Both the position numbers and the translations under genes were made by a program. The notes under the pieces were generated by a model that saw only the letters and a list, made by a program, of their open reading frames with translations, had not been told where the DNA came from and did no database searches. A stretch of 48,206 bases of DNA from an uncultured Clostridia bacterium. Its GTDB lineage: Bacteria; Bacillota; Clostridia; Christensenellales; UBA1242. Where the stretch lies: positions 1 to 48,206 of the forward strand of contig CALVTD010000003.1 in the NCBI GenBank assembly GCA_944359935.1. Direction: 5' to 3'. This document shows, piece by piece, positions 19,271-29,270 of this stretch (positions within the stretch are counted from its first letter, which is position 1; each line of letters opens with the position of its first letter).

Positions 19271-19897
19271 ATGGCAAGAACTATTGAACCTGACTGCCGT
19301 CAGTGTAGAAGAGAAGGGTGCAAACTTTTCCTTAAAGGCGAAAGATGCACCACTAAAAAATGTGCTATGGAAAGGCGTCCAGTTATTCCTGGCCAACATG
19401 GCAATTCACGCAGAAGAGTTACATTCACTGAATACGGCTCACAACTTCGTGAAAAACAAAAAATTAAAAGAATTTATGGCTTGTTAGAAAACCAGATGCG
19501 CGCTTACTATGAAGAGGCTGAAAGAATGAAAGGCGTAACTGGTGATAACATGCTTTCCCTTATTGAAAGAAGGCTTGATAACGTTGTTTACCGCATGGGC
19601 ATTGGTGCAAGCAGAAAGCAAAGCCGCCAAATGGTTAACCATGGTCTTATAACAGTTAATGGCAGAAGAGTTGACATCGCATCTTATCTTGTTAAAGCAG
19701 GGGATGAAATTGCTGTTAAAGAAAACAAACTTGAAAAAACAATGATTAAAGCAATCAAAGGCATGAAAATTGTTATGCCAAAATGGCTTGAATTTAACAG
19801 TGAAACTTTGAAAGGCAAAATTCTTGCTCTTCCTCAAAGAGATGATATTGATGCCGACATTAAAGAACGTCTTGTAATCGAGCATTATTCGAGATAA
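19271..19897 (+). CDS. rpsD: 30S ribosomal protein S4
   Basis: CRREGCKLFLKG, QLREKQK, ERRLDNVVYR. Confidence 0.99.
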   Translation: MARTIEPDCRQCRREGCKLFLKGERCTTKKCAMERRPVIPGQHGNSRRRVTFTEYGSQLREKQKIKRIYGLLENQMRAYYEEAERMKGVTGDNMLSLIERRLDNVVYRMGIGASRKQSRQMVNHGLITVNGRRVDIASYLVKAGDEIAVKENKLEKTMIKAIKGMKIVMPKWLEFNSETLKGKILALPQRDDIDADIKERLVIEHYSR

Positions 19898-19913
19898 TTG
19901 GAGGGATAAAATT

Positions 19914-20867
19914 ATGATGGAAATGGAAAAACCAAAAATCGTTTGTGAAGAAACCGAAGGCGGCGCATATGCTAGATTTACAGTTGAGCCACTTGAAAAA
20001 GGTTATGGAATCACGCTTGGCAACTGCATGAGAAGAACACTTCTTTCTTCGCTTCCTGGCTCAGCACCAATCGCTGTTAGGATTGCTGGTGTGCCTCATG
20101 AATTTTCAACAATAAGAGGTGTTACAGAAGATGTTGTAGACATCATCTTAAACCTTAAAACATTGTTTGTTAAAGTTAACAACAAAGACAGAAACTTTAT
20201 CACATTTTTAAGGCTTAAAAAGCAAGGTGCAGGCGAAGTTACTGCAAAAGACTTTGAGCCAAACGATGAAGTTGAAATTCTTAACCCAGACCTTCACATC
20301 TGCACAATGGACGATGGCGCTGTGCTTGATATGGATGTTATGATTGGCAATGGAAGAGGCTATGTTCCAAGTGCTCAAAACAAAACAAAATTTGACAACA
20401 TCGATTTCATCGCGATGGATTCGCTTTTCTCACCAGTAAAAAAGGTGAATTTCAGCGTGGAAGCAACTCGTGTTGGACAAAGCGTGGATTTTGACAAACT
20501 TGTTTTGGAAGTTGAAACAAACGGAACTGTAAAAGCAACAGAAATTGTTTCTCTTGCAGGCAAAATCATGATGGAACATGTTGGATTGTTTGTTGAACTT
20601 TGTGAAGATATGGCAAACGAACAAATTTTGGTTTCTAAGGAAGAAGACAAACAAGTTAAAATTTTGGAACTTCCAATAGAAGAGATGGACCTTTCAGTTA
20701 GGTCTTATAACTGCCTCAAACGTGCAGGCGTTAACACTGTTGAGGACATTGTGAAGAAATCAAGAGCCGATATGCTTAAAGTTAAAAACCTTGGAATTAA
20801 ATCTATTGACGAGGTTATTCAAAAACTTGAAAGTTATGGCCTTTCACTTCGCAAAGATGAAGAATAA
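19914..20867 (+). CDS. rpoA: RNA polymerase subunit alpha
   Basis: EPLEKGYGITLGN, LSVRSYNCLKRAG. Confidence 0.99.
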   Translation: MMEMEKPKIVCEETEGGAYARFTVEPLEKGYGITLGNCMRRTLLSSLPGSAPIAVRIAGVPHEFSTIRGVTEDVVDIILNLKTLFVKVNNKDRNFITFLRLKKQGAGEVTAKDFEPNDEVEILNPDLHICTMDDGAVLDMDVMIGNGRGYVPSAQNKTKFDNIDFIAMDSLFSPVKKVNFSVEATRVGQSVDFDKLVLEVETNGTVKATEIVSLAGKIMMEHVGLFVELCEDMANEQILVSKEEDKQVKILELPIEEMDLSVRSYNCLKRAGVNTVEDIVKKSRADMLKVKNLGIKSIDEVIQKLESYGLSLRKDEE

Positions 20868-20879
20868 AAGGAGAGAACA

Positions 20880-21389
20880 ATGGCTAACGATAAACTTGGT
20901 AGACCATCCAAAGAGAGAGCAGCAATGCTTAGAGGTTTAGTAACCGATCTTCTTTGGTACGGAAAAATTCAAACAACCCTTGCAAAAGCAAAGTCTGTTC
21001 GTTCTGAGGCCGAGAAACTTTTAACCGCAGCAATCAAAACATATAAAGATACTGTAACTGTAACAAAGGAAATCAAAGATGACAAAGGCGTTAAAGTTAA
21101 AACCGAAGTTGTCAATGATGGTCCTAAAAAACTTGCTGCAAGAAGAAAAATCATGGCTTATGTTTATGATAAGCAAGAACAACGCGCAGACAAAGAATCT
21201 AAAACTGCTTTCCAAGCAAGAACAGAGGGCATCAATCATCCTCTTCTTGAAAAGATTTTCAACGTGTATGCTCCAAAATATGCAGAGCGCGCTGAAAAAC
21301 TTGGACAGGGCGGCGGATACACTCGCATCATCAAACTTGGTATGCGTAGGGGAGATGCTGCTGAGATGGCAGTGATTGAACTCATCTAA
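20880..21389 (+). CDS. rplQ: 50S ribosomal protein L17 (long form)
   Basis: KLGR, IQTTLAKAK, GGYTRIIK, RRGDAAEMAVIEL. Confidence 0.97.
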   Translation: MANDKLGRPSKERAAMLRGLVTDLLWYGKIQTTLAKAKSVRSEAEKLLTAAIKTYKDTVTVTKEIKDDKGVKVKTEVVNDGPKKLAARRKIMAYVYDKQEQRADKESKTAFQARTEGINHPLLEKIFNVYAPKYAERAEKLGQGGGYTRIIKLGMRRGDAAEMAVIELI

Positions 21390-21750
21390 TCGTGGGGGCA
21401 AACAAAAAATTAACGCGGGCACGCCTAACGGCTAACCGCTTTTTTTGTTTTCTCCCACGAACCCTCGGGCGAATTGCAACTTAATGCTTGTTTTCGCCTT
21501 TTGGCGAAAATCTGCGCGCGAGCAGTTGAATTCGCCCTCTCGCGGCCAAACGAAAATCGCGCTAACGCTGGCGATTTTGCCGCGACTTAAAGAGGAAGTG
21601 GTTAAAAATGGACGCGGCTGGCGCATTAGACGAGAAAGGCGAACTTGCTTGCAAGGGTGAGCCTGCCGAAGTCGCATTCTCTCGCAGAGAGAATTAGAGG
21701 TGACAGCAAATTTTCATGAACAGGCACAGCCTTTGCCTCATGAAAATTTG
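21390..21750. repeat. Mosaic of REP-like hairpin modules downstream of rplQ
   Basis: Successive stem-loops; modules at 21481-21517, 21541-21588 and 21637-21663 recur at 30644, 30854 and (inverted) 3847. Confidence 0.85.
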
Positions 21751-21763
21751 GCTCCAATGTTTT

Positions 21764-21792
21764 AAAAAGATAGGGAAACCTATCTTTTTTTA
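21764..21792 (+). terminator. Intrinsic terminator of the alpha operon region
   Basis: AAAAAGATAGG-gaaa-CCTATCTTTTT. Confidence 0.85.
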
Positions 21793-21852
21793 TTAAAAAA
21801 TGAATAATTAAAAAATAATTAACAAAATTAAATTTTTTTCATATTTATTTAT

Positions 21853-22710
21853 ATGAAAATAAAAATAAAAAAGGTTAAAAATGCAGATTTAAAAAATTAT
21901 TGCTCTTTTAAAATTGGTGGGAGAGCAAAATGCATTTATTTTCCTGAAAATATCGGGCAAATAAAATACTTAATAAATGCTTTAAAAAACAAAAATAAAG
22001 AATATTTAATTCTGGGAAATGGCACAAATATATTATTTCCTGATAAAAAATTAAAAAAGATAATAATTTGTTTAAAAAAATTAAATGAAATTCAAATAAA
22101 TGGTGAAGAAATTGTTTGTGGTGCGGGTGCAAACCTCTTTAATCTTAACAGCGCGTGCGCACAAAACAGTTTAGAGGGGTTGGAGTTTACATATGGTTTG
22201 CCAGGAAGCGTTGGTGGAGCAGTGGCTATGAACGCTGGTGCATTCGGTGATGAAATTTGCAATCATCTTTTTGAGATTGTGGTGTGTAAGGATGGTGAAA
22301 TTTACTCTCGCCAAAACTTAAAATTTCGCTATCGCAAAGGTCCTCTTGAAAAAGGCGAGATATTGTTGTTTGCAAAATTTAAATTAAAAAAGGGTGAAAA
22401 ACAAAAAATAATTCAACTTCAACATGATTTTTTGCAAAAACGGCGAGACACTCAACCATATGGAGAGTGTAGCGCAGGCAGCGTGTTTAAAAGAGGGGAA
22501 AACTTTATTCCTGCAAAACTTATTGACGAGTGGGGGCTTAAAGGTTTAAAAATCGGCGGCTGCGAAATTTCAAAAAAGCATGCGGGGTTTATTGTCAGCG
22601 CCGGCAAGGCTAGGCAGAGTGATGCTTTGGCGCTTATTGAACTTATCGAGTGGGTGGCAAAAGCAAAGGGATATATTTTCGAAAGAGAAATTGTGGTTGT
22701 AACCAATTAG
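21853..22710 (+). CDS. murB: UDP-N-acetylenolpyruvoylglucosamine reductase
   Basis: SFKIGG, LGNGTNIL, PGSVGGAVAMNAGA, SAGSVFK, ISKKHAGF. Confidence 0.96.
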   Translation: MKIKIKKVKNADLKNYCSFKIGGRAKCIYFPENIGQIKYLINALKNKNKEYLILGNGTNILFPDKKLKKIIICLKKLNEIQINGEEIVCGAGANLFNLNSACAQNSLEGLEFTYGLPGSVGGAVAMNAGAFGDEICNHLFEIVVCKDGEIYSRQNLKFRYRKGPLEKGEILLFAKFKLKKGEKQKIIQLQHDFLQKRRDTQPYGECSAGSVFKRGENFIPAKLIDEWGLKGLKIGGCEISKKHAGFIVSAGKARQSDALALIELIEWVAKAKGYIFEREIVVVTN

Positions 22711-22796
22711 GCAAACTGCGCTTTTTCTGCAAATTACTTTTTCGCTATGCTTGCAAAAATTGGGGTAAATTGCTATACTTAAACTAAGGAGTTAGC

Positions 22797-23558
22797 ATGA
22801 TACTTTATGGTGATTATCATACACACACTGTGTATTCAAAACATAACCACGGCAAAGGCACGGTTTTGCAAAATGCCACGGTTGCCGCTGAAAAAGGTTT
22901 GAAGCAAATTGCTGTTACAGACCACGGCTTTAATCATGAGTTTTTTGCAGTAAAAAGAAAAGAATTGCCGCAAATCCGTGAGGAAATTTTGAACGCGAAG
23001 GAAATAACCGGCGTGGATATACTGCTGGGCGTTGAGGCAAATTTGATTTCGCTTTCAGGTGAGGTGGACTTAAAGGAAGAGGACTATGAAAAACTGGACA
23101 TCATCCTCATGGGTCATCACAAACTTGTTAAAACCCCAACTTTGCGGGACAAGTTTAAACTTATGTATGCCAACATGACAGGTTCGCCTTACAAGGCTAG
23201 TGCGGACAGGCTTGCGCGCAACACCACAGCATTTTTGAAAGCGCTGGATAAATATCCAATCGATGTGATTACTCATCTTAACTATGGCTGCCCAACTGAC
23301 ACTCTGGCAGTGGCAAGGCTTGCTAGGCAAAAGGGCGTGCTTGTGGAACTTAACGGCAAGCGCATCAATTTCACTGATGAAGAGGTGCTTACAATGGCGG
23401 AAGAGGGCGTGAAGTTTATCATCAACTCGGATGCTCACGCACCGCAGCAAGTTGGGGAATGCAACAGGGCGATAAACCTTATTTACAGGCTTAACATTCC
23501 ACCACATTTGATTGTCAATCTTGACAAAGAGCCAAATTTTCAAAAGAAGAGGGGCTGA
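22797..23558 (+). CDS. PHP-domain phosphatase (YcdX/histidinol-phosphatase-like)
   Basis: DYHTHT, VTDHG, GVEAN, NSDAH. Confidence 0.9.
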   Translation: MILYGDYHTHTVYSKHNHGKGTVLQNATVAAEKGLKQIAVTDHGFNHEFFAVKRKELPQIREEILNAKEITGVDILLGVEANLISLSGEVDLKEEDYEKLDIILMGHHKLVKTPTLRDKFKLMYANMTGSPYKASADRLARNTTAFLKALDKYPIDVITHLNYGCPTDTLAVARLARQKGVLVELNGKRINFTDEEVLTMAEEGVKFIINSDAHAPQQVGECNRAINLIYRLNIPPHLIVNLDKEPNFQKKRG

Positions 23559-23560
23559 AT

Positions 23561-24523
23561 TTGAGTTTTTCCAAGGATGTTAAAATTGAATTGCTTACTG
23601 GCAGCGAGGAAACGGCAGACACCGCTTTTGCATTTTTGTCGGGGCTTTTGCATGGCGCGGGCGAGATTGAAAAAAGCGCCCAGGGCCTTAAGGCTTACAT
23701 CGTAACCGATTTAAATGAGTTATATCAAAAGGTCAACAACATTGTGCATGCTTTGTATGGCGACTACTTGGAACTTGAAATTGAAGACGACTATGTTATC
23801 AACAAAACCACCTATTATCGCATTACTTTCCCAGTCAGCATTGCTCAAAGTGTGCTGCTTGACGCGGGAATTATATATTTGCAAGACGGCGGTTATCAGT
23901 TAAATTATGGCGTTGACAGCAACATTGTTGCATCAAATGAGGAGAAAATTGCGTTTTTAAGAGGGGCGTTTTTGGGTTGCGGAACTTCATCGATAAGGTT
24001 GAGTGAGGCCGAGAATGTTAAAACATCCTCTGGCTACCATTTGGTACTTTCCTCTCTCAGCCATGAGTTTTTAACAGACACGGCTGGGTTGCTTAGTGAA
24101 TTTGGAATTTTTTCTAAACTTGTTGAAAGAAAAAACCTTTATGTCTTATATCTAAAAGAGGCGGAGGCGATTAAGGATTTTCTTGCGCTGATGGGGGCAA
24201 ACCAAAGCGTGCTTGCGCTTTCAAACGAGATGATTAGGCGAGAAAAACGCAACCAAATCAACCGCGAAGTGAATTGCATCAATGCCAATATTTCCAAAAC
24301 CGTTGATGCCAGCATGAGGCAAATTGACGCAATAAACACAATAATTTCCACGATTGGGCTGGATAGCCTTGAAGATGAACTGCAAGAGGTGGCTATGCTA
24401 AGGCTTGCCAACCCAGAGGAGAGTTTGGAGGGGCTACTAAATTTAAGCACAATAAGCCTTTCAAAAAGCGGGCTTAACCACAGGCTTAAAAAACTTATTA
24501 GAATTGCTGATGAATTAAAGTAA
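23561..24523 (+). CDS. whiA: DNA-binding protein WhiA
   Basis: MSFSKDVKIEL, AFLRGAFLGCG, NREVNC..AN..KT, SKSGLNHRL; TTG start. Confidence 0.93.
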   Translation: MSFSKDVKIELLTGSEETADTAFAFLSGLLHGAGEIEKSAQGLKAYIVTDLNELYQKVNNIVHALYGDYLELEIEDDYVINKTTYYRITFPVSIAQSVLLDAGIIYLQDGGYQLNYGVDSNIVASNEEKIAFLRGAFLGCGTSSIRLSEAENVKTSSGYHLVLSSLSHEFLTDTAGLLSEFGIFSKLVERKNLYVLYLKEAEAIKDFLALMGANQSVLALSNEMIRREKRNQINREVNCINANISKTVDASMRQIDAINTIISTIGLDSLEDELQEVAMLRLANPEESLEGLLNLSTISLSKSGLNHRLKKLIRIADELK

Positions 24524-24532
24524 GGAGAAATC

Positions 24533-27500
24533 ATGAAACAATTTGTGCACTTGCATGTCCACACCGAATACAGTTTGCTTGATGGACTGGCTCGTATTGA
24601 AAAATTGATTGAAATAACCAAAGAGCGTGGGTGGAAAGCCGTGGCCATTACAGACCATGGCAACATGTTTGGTGTGCTTAAATTTTATGAGGCTTGCATC
24701 TTAAATGGCATCAAGCCAATTATTGGCTGTGAGTTTTACATAGCGCGCGACCACAAAGTTAAAAACACCAAAGAGGATATTGGACACCTTATCTTGCTGG
24801 CAAAAAATAATGAAGGCTATCACAATCTGTTAAAACTCATTTCAATTGCGCACGTTGACGGAATGTATTACAAACCAAGAATTGACTATGAACTTTTGAA
24901 AAAATATTCCAAGGGCGTGATTTGCCTTTCCGCGTGCCTGGCAGGCCATGTGCAGAAACTAATTTTGCAGAGGCGCTTTGACGAGGCTGAAAAGTGCGCG
25001 CTTTGGCATAAGGAAGTGTTTGGAGATGACTACTATCTTGAATTGCAAAACCACTATTTGCCAGAGGACAAAGAGGTGATTTTGCACTTGACCGAACTTT
25101 CCAAAAAACTTGGCATTAAACTTGTTGCCACCAACGACGTGCACTATCTCAACAAAGAGGATGCCGAACTTCAAGACGCGCTGATGTGTGTGCAGATGCA
25201 TAAGTTTGTGGATGACAACGACAGAATGAAGTTTGAAACAAACGAGTTTTACTATAAAACCTATGAAGAAATGTTGGAGGCGCTGCCAGGATATGAGGAG
25301 GCGCTGGACACAACTCTTGAAATTGCCGACAAATGCGAGGTTGTGCTTAAAACCAAATCACTGGGCGAAATTGCCAGTGTGGACGAAAAATACAAACTTC
25401 CAGCGAATAGAAACTATATCCCTCAATATGTGCCAGAAACAGGCGAAACCACCTTTGACTATTTAAAGCGCATGGCGTATGAGGGCCTTGAAAAACTATA
25501 TCCTGAAATCACCGATGAACTTAAAGAGCGCATGGAGATGGAACTGCAAACCATTAAAGAGCAAGGGTTTGTGGAATACTTTTTGGTTGTGTGGGACTAC
25601 ATCAATTATGCAAGGCAAAATGACATACCTGTTGGGCCGGGGCGTGGCTCTGGCGCAGGCAGTTTGGTGGCGTACTGCATTGGCATCACCAAAGTTGACC
25701 CAATGAAATATCATTTGTTCTTTGAGCGCTTTATCAATAAAGAGCGTGTGTCCATGCCCGATTTCGACGTGGATTTTTGTATGGATAGGCGCGGCGAGGT
25801 TATTGAATATGTTAAGCGCAAATACGGCCCTGACCATGTGGCAGGTATTGTTACATTTGGATCAATGAAAGCCAAAAACGCCATTCGTGATGTTGGCAGG
25901 GTGCTTAGGCTTCCAATAAGCGTGGTGGATAAACTTTGCAAAGATATTCCAAACTTTCCACCTGATGGACTTAAAAAAGATAAGCCGGTTTTGAAATATT
26001 ATTTTGGCAGAACCAAAGACCCGGCGAATGATAAATTCATCATTCCAGATTTAAAAAAGGCATATGAAGAGGATGAACTTGTCAAGAAGGTTGTTGACAT
26101 GGCAATCAAACTTGAAGGCGTGCCAAGAAACACATCCATGCATGCGGCAGGTGTGTTGATTGCTCCACAACCTGCATCCGATTTTGTGCCACTTGCACGA
26201 AACGGCGAGGATATTGTTACTGAATATGACATGATTGAAATTGAGCATCTTGGGCTTTTGAAGATGGACTTTTTGGGGCTTAGAACACTTACCGACATCA
26301 AGAAAGCGCAGGATTATATCAAAGAAAACCATGGCGTGGACATTGATTTCTACAACATGGAATATGACGACCCAAAAGTTTTTGAACTGATAAGTTCGGG
26401 CAACACCGATGCCGTGTTCCAACTTGAAAGCGCGGGCATGAAGCGGTTCATGAAGGATTTGGGGCCAACCTGCATGGACGACATCATTGCGGGGATTTCG
26501 CTTTACCGTCCAGGACCAATGGATTCCATTCCGCAGTTTGTCAAGTGTAAAAAAGACCCTTCTGCCGTTGTGTATGACGACCCATGCTTGGAAGATATTT
26601 TGGATGTTACTTACGGGTGCATTGTCTACCAAGAGCAGGTTATGAAAATCACTCAGGTTATGGCAGGATTTTCACTTGGTCAAGCGGATAACATCCGCCG
26701 TATCATGGGCAAAAAGAAGGTTGATAAAATTGCAGCCGAAAAAGTTAAGTTTGTGGAAGGCTGGGAGGACCCAACCGGCAAAGCCTCAATTCCAGGTGCC
26801 GTAAAACTTGGGCACAAAAGGGAAGTGGCAGAAAAAGTGTTCGACCGCATGGCTGAATTTGCAAAGTATGCCTTCAACAAATCTCACGCTGCGGCATACG
26901 CATATGTGGGCTATCAAACCGCCTATCTTAAAACATACTATGAAGTTGAGTTTTTGACCGCTGTTTTAAATAACCGAATAACCAACGCGGATGAAATTAA
27001 AAAATATGTTACATATGCTAAAAAAGAGGGCTTTGAGGTGTTGCCGCCAGACATCAACAAATCTGGCACATATTTCAAAACCGAGAACGGCAACATCCGT
27101 TTTGGGCTTGCCGCACTTAAAGGCGTTGGCGCAAGCGTTATTGATTTGATTATCAACGAGCGCAACAAAGGCGGCGAGTTTAAAAGTTTTGAAGACTTTG
27201 TTTCAAGGGTGGATACTCAGGCGCTTAACAAAAGAGTGCTTGAAAGTTTGATTGTAAGCGGTGCGTTTGACACCTTTGGAAAATATCGCTCACAACTTAT
27301 GGCAGTTTATTCCATTGCCGTTGACAGGGCTGTAAAAGATAACAAAAATAAACAAACAGGGCAGTTTAGCATGTTTGATAGTTTTGAGCCGCTAAAAAAT
27401 CAATTCAACACACTAGATTATCCAAATATAAAAGAATACAACAAAGAGTCGCTGCTCAAATTTGAAAAAGAGGTGGTGGGAATTTATCTTTCAGGCCATC

Positions 27501-28150
27501 CGCTTAATGACTATCTCGACTATTACGACAACTTCAATTTGACAAGCGACATGATGAAACCTGCCGAGGATATGGACGAAGAATTGGAAGAAGAGGGCGG
27601 CGAGCAAGATGCCGTTTACGACCAAATTTATGACGGCATGCCTGTAACTTGCGGCGGAATTATCGTTGATAAAAACAAAAAATTGGGTAAGGATGGCAGA
27701 GAGTTTGCCTTTCTTAAAATTGAAGATTTATACGGGACTTTTGAAGTTTCGCTGTTTGGAAATGTTTATCCAAGGTTTAAAAATATTGTGGATGAGGATG
27801 CACTGGTTACGGTTAAGGGCAAAATCTCGCTGAGAAACGGCTCGCCAAGCGTCAATGCGCAAGAGATTATACCTTGGAAAAAGCGTGGCGAGCAGGCACA
27901 AGTTGACAACACTTCAAGCAAACTTTACCTTCGTTTTGACACTAAGGACATTGACATTTACAACAAGGTGTGCTCTTCGCTCAATGCCTATCCTGGCGAG
28001 GCGGAGGTGATTATCAAATGCACCTCATATAACAAGGCGTTTATGTATAACGCCAAAGTTGAGTTAAACAACTATCTTCTAAATGAACTATACGGCATAA
28101 TTGGCTATGATAATGTAAAAACTAATCAAGTTAAAAAGGAGAACGCATGA
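24533..28150 (+). CDS. dnaE: DNA polymerase III subunit alpha
   Basis: HLHVHTEYSLLDG, GPGRGSGAGS, MPDFDVDF, YAFNKSHA. Confidence 0.99.
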   Translation: MKQFVHLHVHTEYSLLDGLARIEKLIEITKERGWKAVAITDHGNMFGVLKFYEACILNGIKPIIGCEFYIARDHKVKNTKEDIGHLILLAKNNEGYHNLLKLISIAHVDGMYYKPRIDYELLKKYSKGVICLSACLAGHVQKLILQRRFDEAEKCALWHKEVFGDDYYLELQNHYLPEDKEVILHLTELSKKLGIKLVATNDVHYLNKEDAELQDALMCVQMHKFVDDNDRMKFETNEFYYKTYEEMLEALPGYEEALDTTLEIADKCEVVLKTKSLGEIASVDEKYKLPANRNYIPQYVPETGETTFDYLKRMAYEGLEKLYPEITDELKERMEMELQTIKEQGFVEYFLVVWDYINYARQNDIPVGPGRGSGAGSLVAYCIGITKVDPMKYHLFFERFINKERVSMPDFDVDFCMDRRGEVIEYVKRKYGPDHVAGIVTFGSMKAKNAIRDVGRVLRLPISVVDKLCKDIPNFPPDGLKKDKPVLKYYFGRTKDPANDKFIIPDLKKAYEEDELVKKVVDMAIKLEGVPRNTSMHAAGVLIAPQPASDFVPLARNGEDIVTEYDMIEIEHLGLLKMDFLGLRTLTDIKKAQDYIKENHGVDIDFYNMEYDDPKVFELISSGNTDAVFQLESAGMKRFMKDLGPTCMDDIIAGISLYRPGPMDSIPQFVKCKKDPSAVVYDDPCLEDILDVTYGCIVYQEQVMKITQVMAGFSLGQADNIRRIMGKKKVDKIAAEKVKFVEGWEDPTGKASIPGAVKLGHKREVAEKVFDRMAEFAKYAFNKSHAAAYAYVGYQTAYLKTYYEVEFLTAVLNNRITNADEIKKYVTYAKKEGFEVLPPDINKSGTYFKTENGNIRFGLAALKGVGASVIDLIINERNKGGEFKSFEDFVSRVDTQALNKRVLESLIVSGAFDTFGKYRSQLMAVYSIAVDRAVKDNKNKQTGQFSMFDSFEPLKNQFNTLDYPNIKEYNKESLLKFEKEVVGIYLSGHPLNDYLDYYDNFNLTSDMMKPAEDMDEELEEEGGEQDAVYDQIYDGMPVTCGGIIVDKNKKLGKDGREFAFLKIEDLYGTFEVSLFGNVYPRFKNIVDEDALVTVKGKISLRNGSPSVNAQEIIPWKKRGEQAQVDNTSSKLYLRFDTKDIDIYNKVCSSLNAYPGEAEVIIKCTSYNKAFMYNAKVELNNYLLNELYGIIGYDNVKTNQVKKENA

Positions 28151-29019
28151 AGATTTTGCTGATTGCAAGTGGTGGCGATGCACCTGGCATGAACAAGTTT
28201 ATTGCACAAATGTATAAAAGGTATGGCAGCAGCCTTTACGCTTGCAAGGGCGGTTTTGAAGGGTTGTATAACGCAGACATTGTGCCTGCAAGGTTTTTTG
28301 AGCCGTTCAAAGTTGCAAATAGTGCAGGATGCTGTATTAAAAGTGGAAGATTTCCGCAATTTAAACAAAAAAAATATTTTAACAAAGCACTTGAAAACGC
28401 CAAGAATTTCGACTTTGTGGTTGTCATGGGCGGGAATGGTTCAAAGAAGGGCGTTAAAGAACTTGCAGAGGGCGGCGTAAAAGCAATTTTTGTGCCTGCA
28501 ACCATCGACAATGATGTTGAGGGCACAAATTACTCCATTGGCTTTCACACCGCTGTTGCCATGGTTTGCTACGCCGTTAGAAATGTTATGCCAAGCATGC
28601 AATCACACTCTCGGGCGTGCGTGTTTGAGGTGATGGGCAGGCACTCGGGCGAGATTGCACAAAACGCAGCAAAAATTTTGCAGCCGCAATTTTTGATTAC
28701 TCAGCCATCTCAGTTAAACATACCTGAAATGGCAAGCGAAATTTTAAAACGCCACAAAAAAGACCAAGCCACATCAATCATCATTCGTGAAAACATCATA
28801 GATTGCGATGATTTAACAAAAAAATTAAATGATGAAATTGGCCAGAGACTTGTGAAAAATTTTGTGGTTGGGCATCTTCAAAGAGGGGGAAAGCCAACAA
28901 AGGCAGAACTTAAAATGTCTGCCGCTTTTGCCTATGCAACCATTAAAGCGATAGGCAAAAATCAAAGTGGCGTGGCAATAGAGTTTGTTGACGGCAAAAT
29001 GCGCATACAAGAAATATGA
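28147..29019 (+). CDS. pfkA: 6-phosphofructokinase family protein (short, divergent)
   Basis: SGGDAPGMN, TIDND, EVMGRHSG, GHLQRGG. Confidence 0.88.
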   Translation: MKILLIASGGDAPGMNKFIAQMYKRYGSSLYACKGGFEGLYNADIVPARFFEPFKVANSAGCCIKSGRFPQFKQKKYFNKALENAKNFDFVVVMGGNGSKKGVKELAEGGVKAIFVPATIDNDVEGTNYSIGFHTAVAMVCYAVRNVMPSMQSHSRACVFEVMGRHSGEIAQNAAKILQPQFLITQPSQLNIPEMASEILKRHKKDQATSIIIRENIIDCDDLTKKLNDEIGQRLVKNFVVGHLQRGGKPTKAELKMSAAFAYATIKAIGKNQSGVAIEFVDGKMRIQEI

Positions 29020-29059
29020 TAAATAAAATGAGACAAAATGGTTTTTTTTGGTTAAATCG

Positions 29060-29088
29060 TTGACAAAAAGCGCAGGTTATGATATATT
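29060..29088 (+). promoter_or_regulatory. sigma-A promoter of tRNA cluster
   Basis: TTGACA-17 nt-TATATT with extended -10 TG. Confidence 0.7.
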
Positions 29089-29108
29089 TACATAGTCGCT
29101 TAGCGCGC

Positions 29109-29182
29109 GCGGGTGTAGTTCAGTGGTAGAACCCCAGCCTTCCAAGCTGGTTGCGAGGGTCCGATTCCCTTCACCCGCTCCA
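29109..29182 (+). tRNA. tRNA-Gly(TCC)
   Basis: GCGGGTG acceptor, anticodon loop CTTCCAA, CCA end; T-loop reads TCCGATT. Confidence 0.95.
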
Positions 29183-29187
29183 TTCGG

Positions 29188-29264
<77 letters not shown>

Positions 29265-29270
29265 TAATAT

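Noticed and set aside
21432-21677. Small ORFs in the rplQ-murB interval (and 30644-31029)
   Set aside because: They coincide with palindromic repeat modules; no SD or coding signal.
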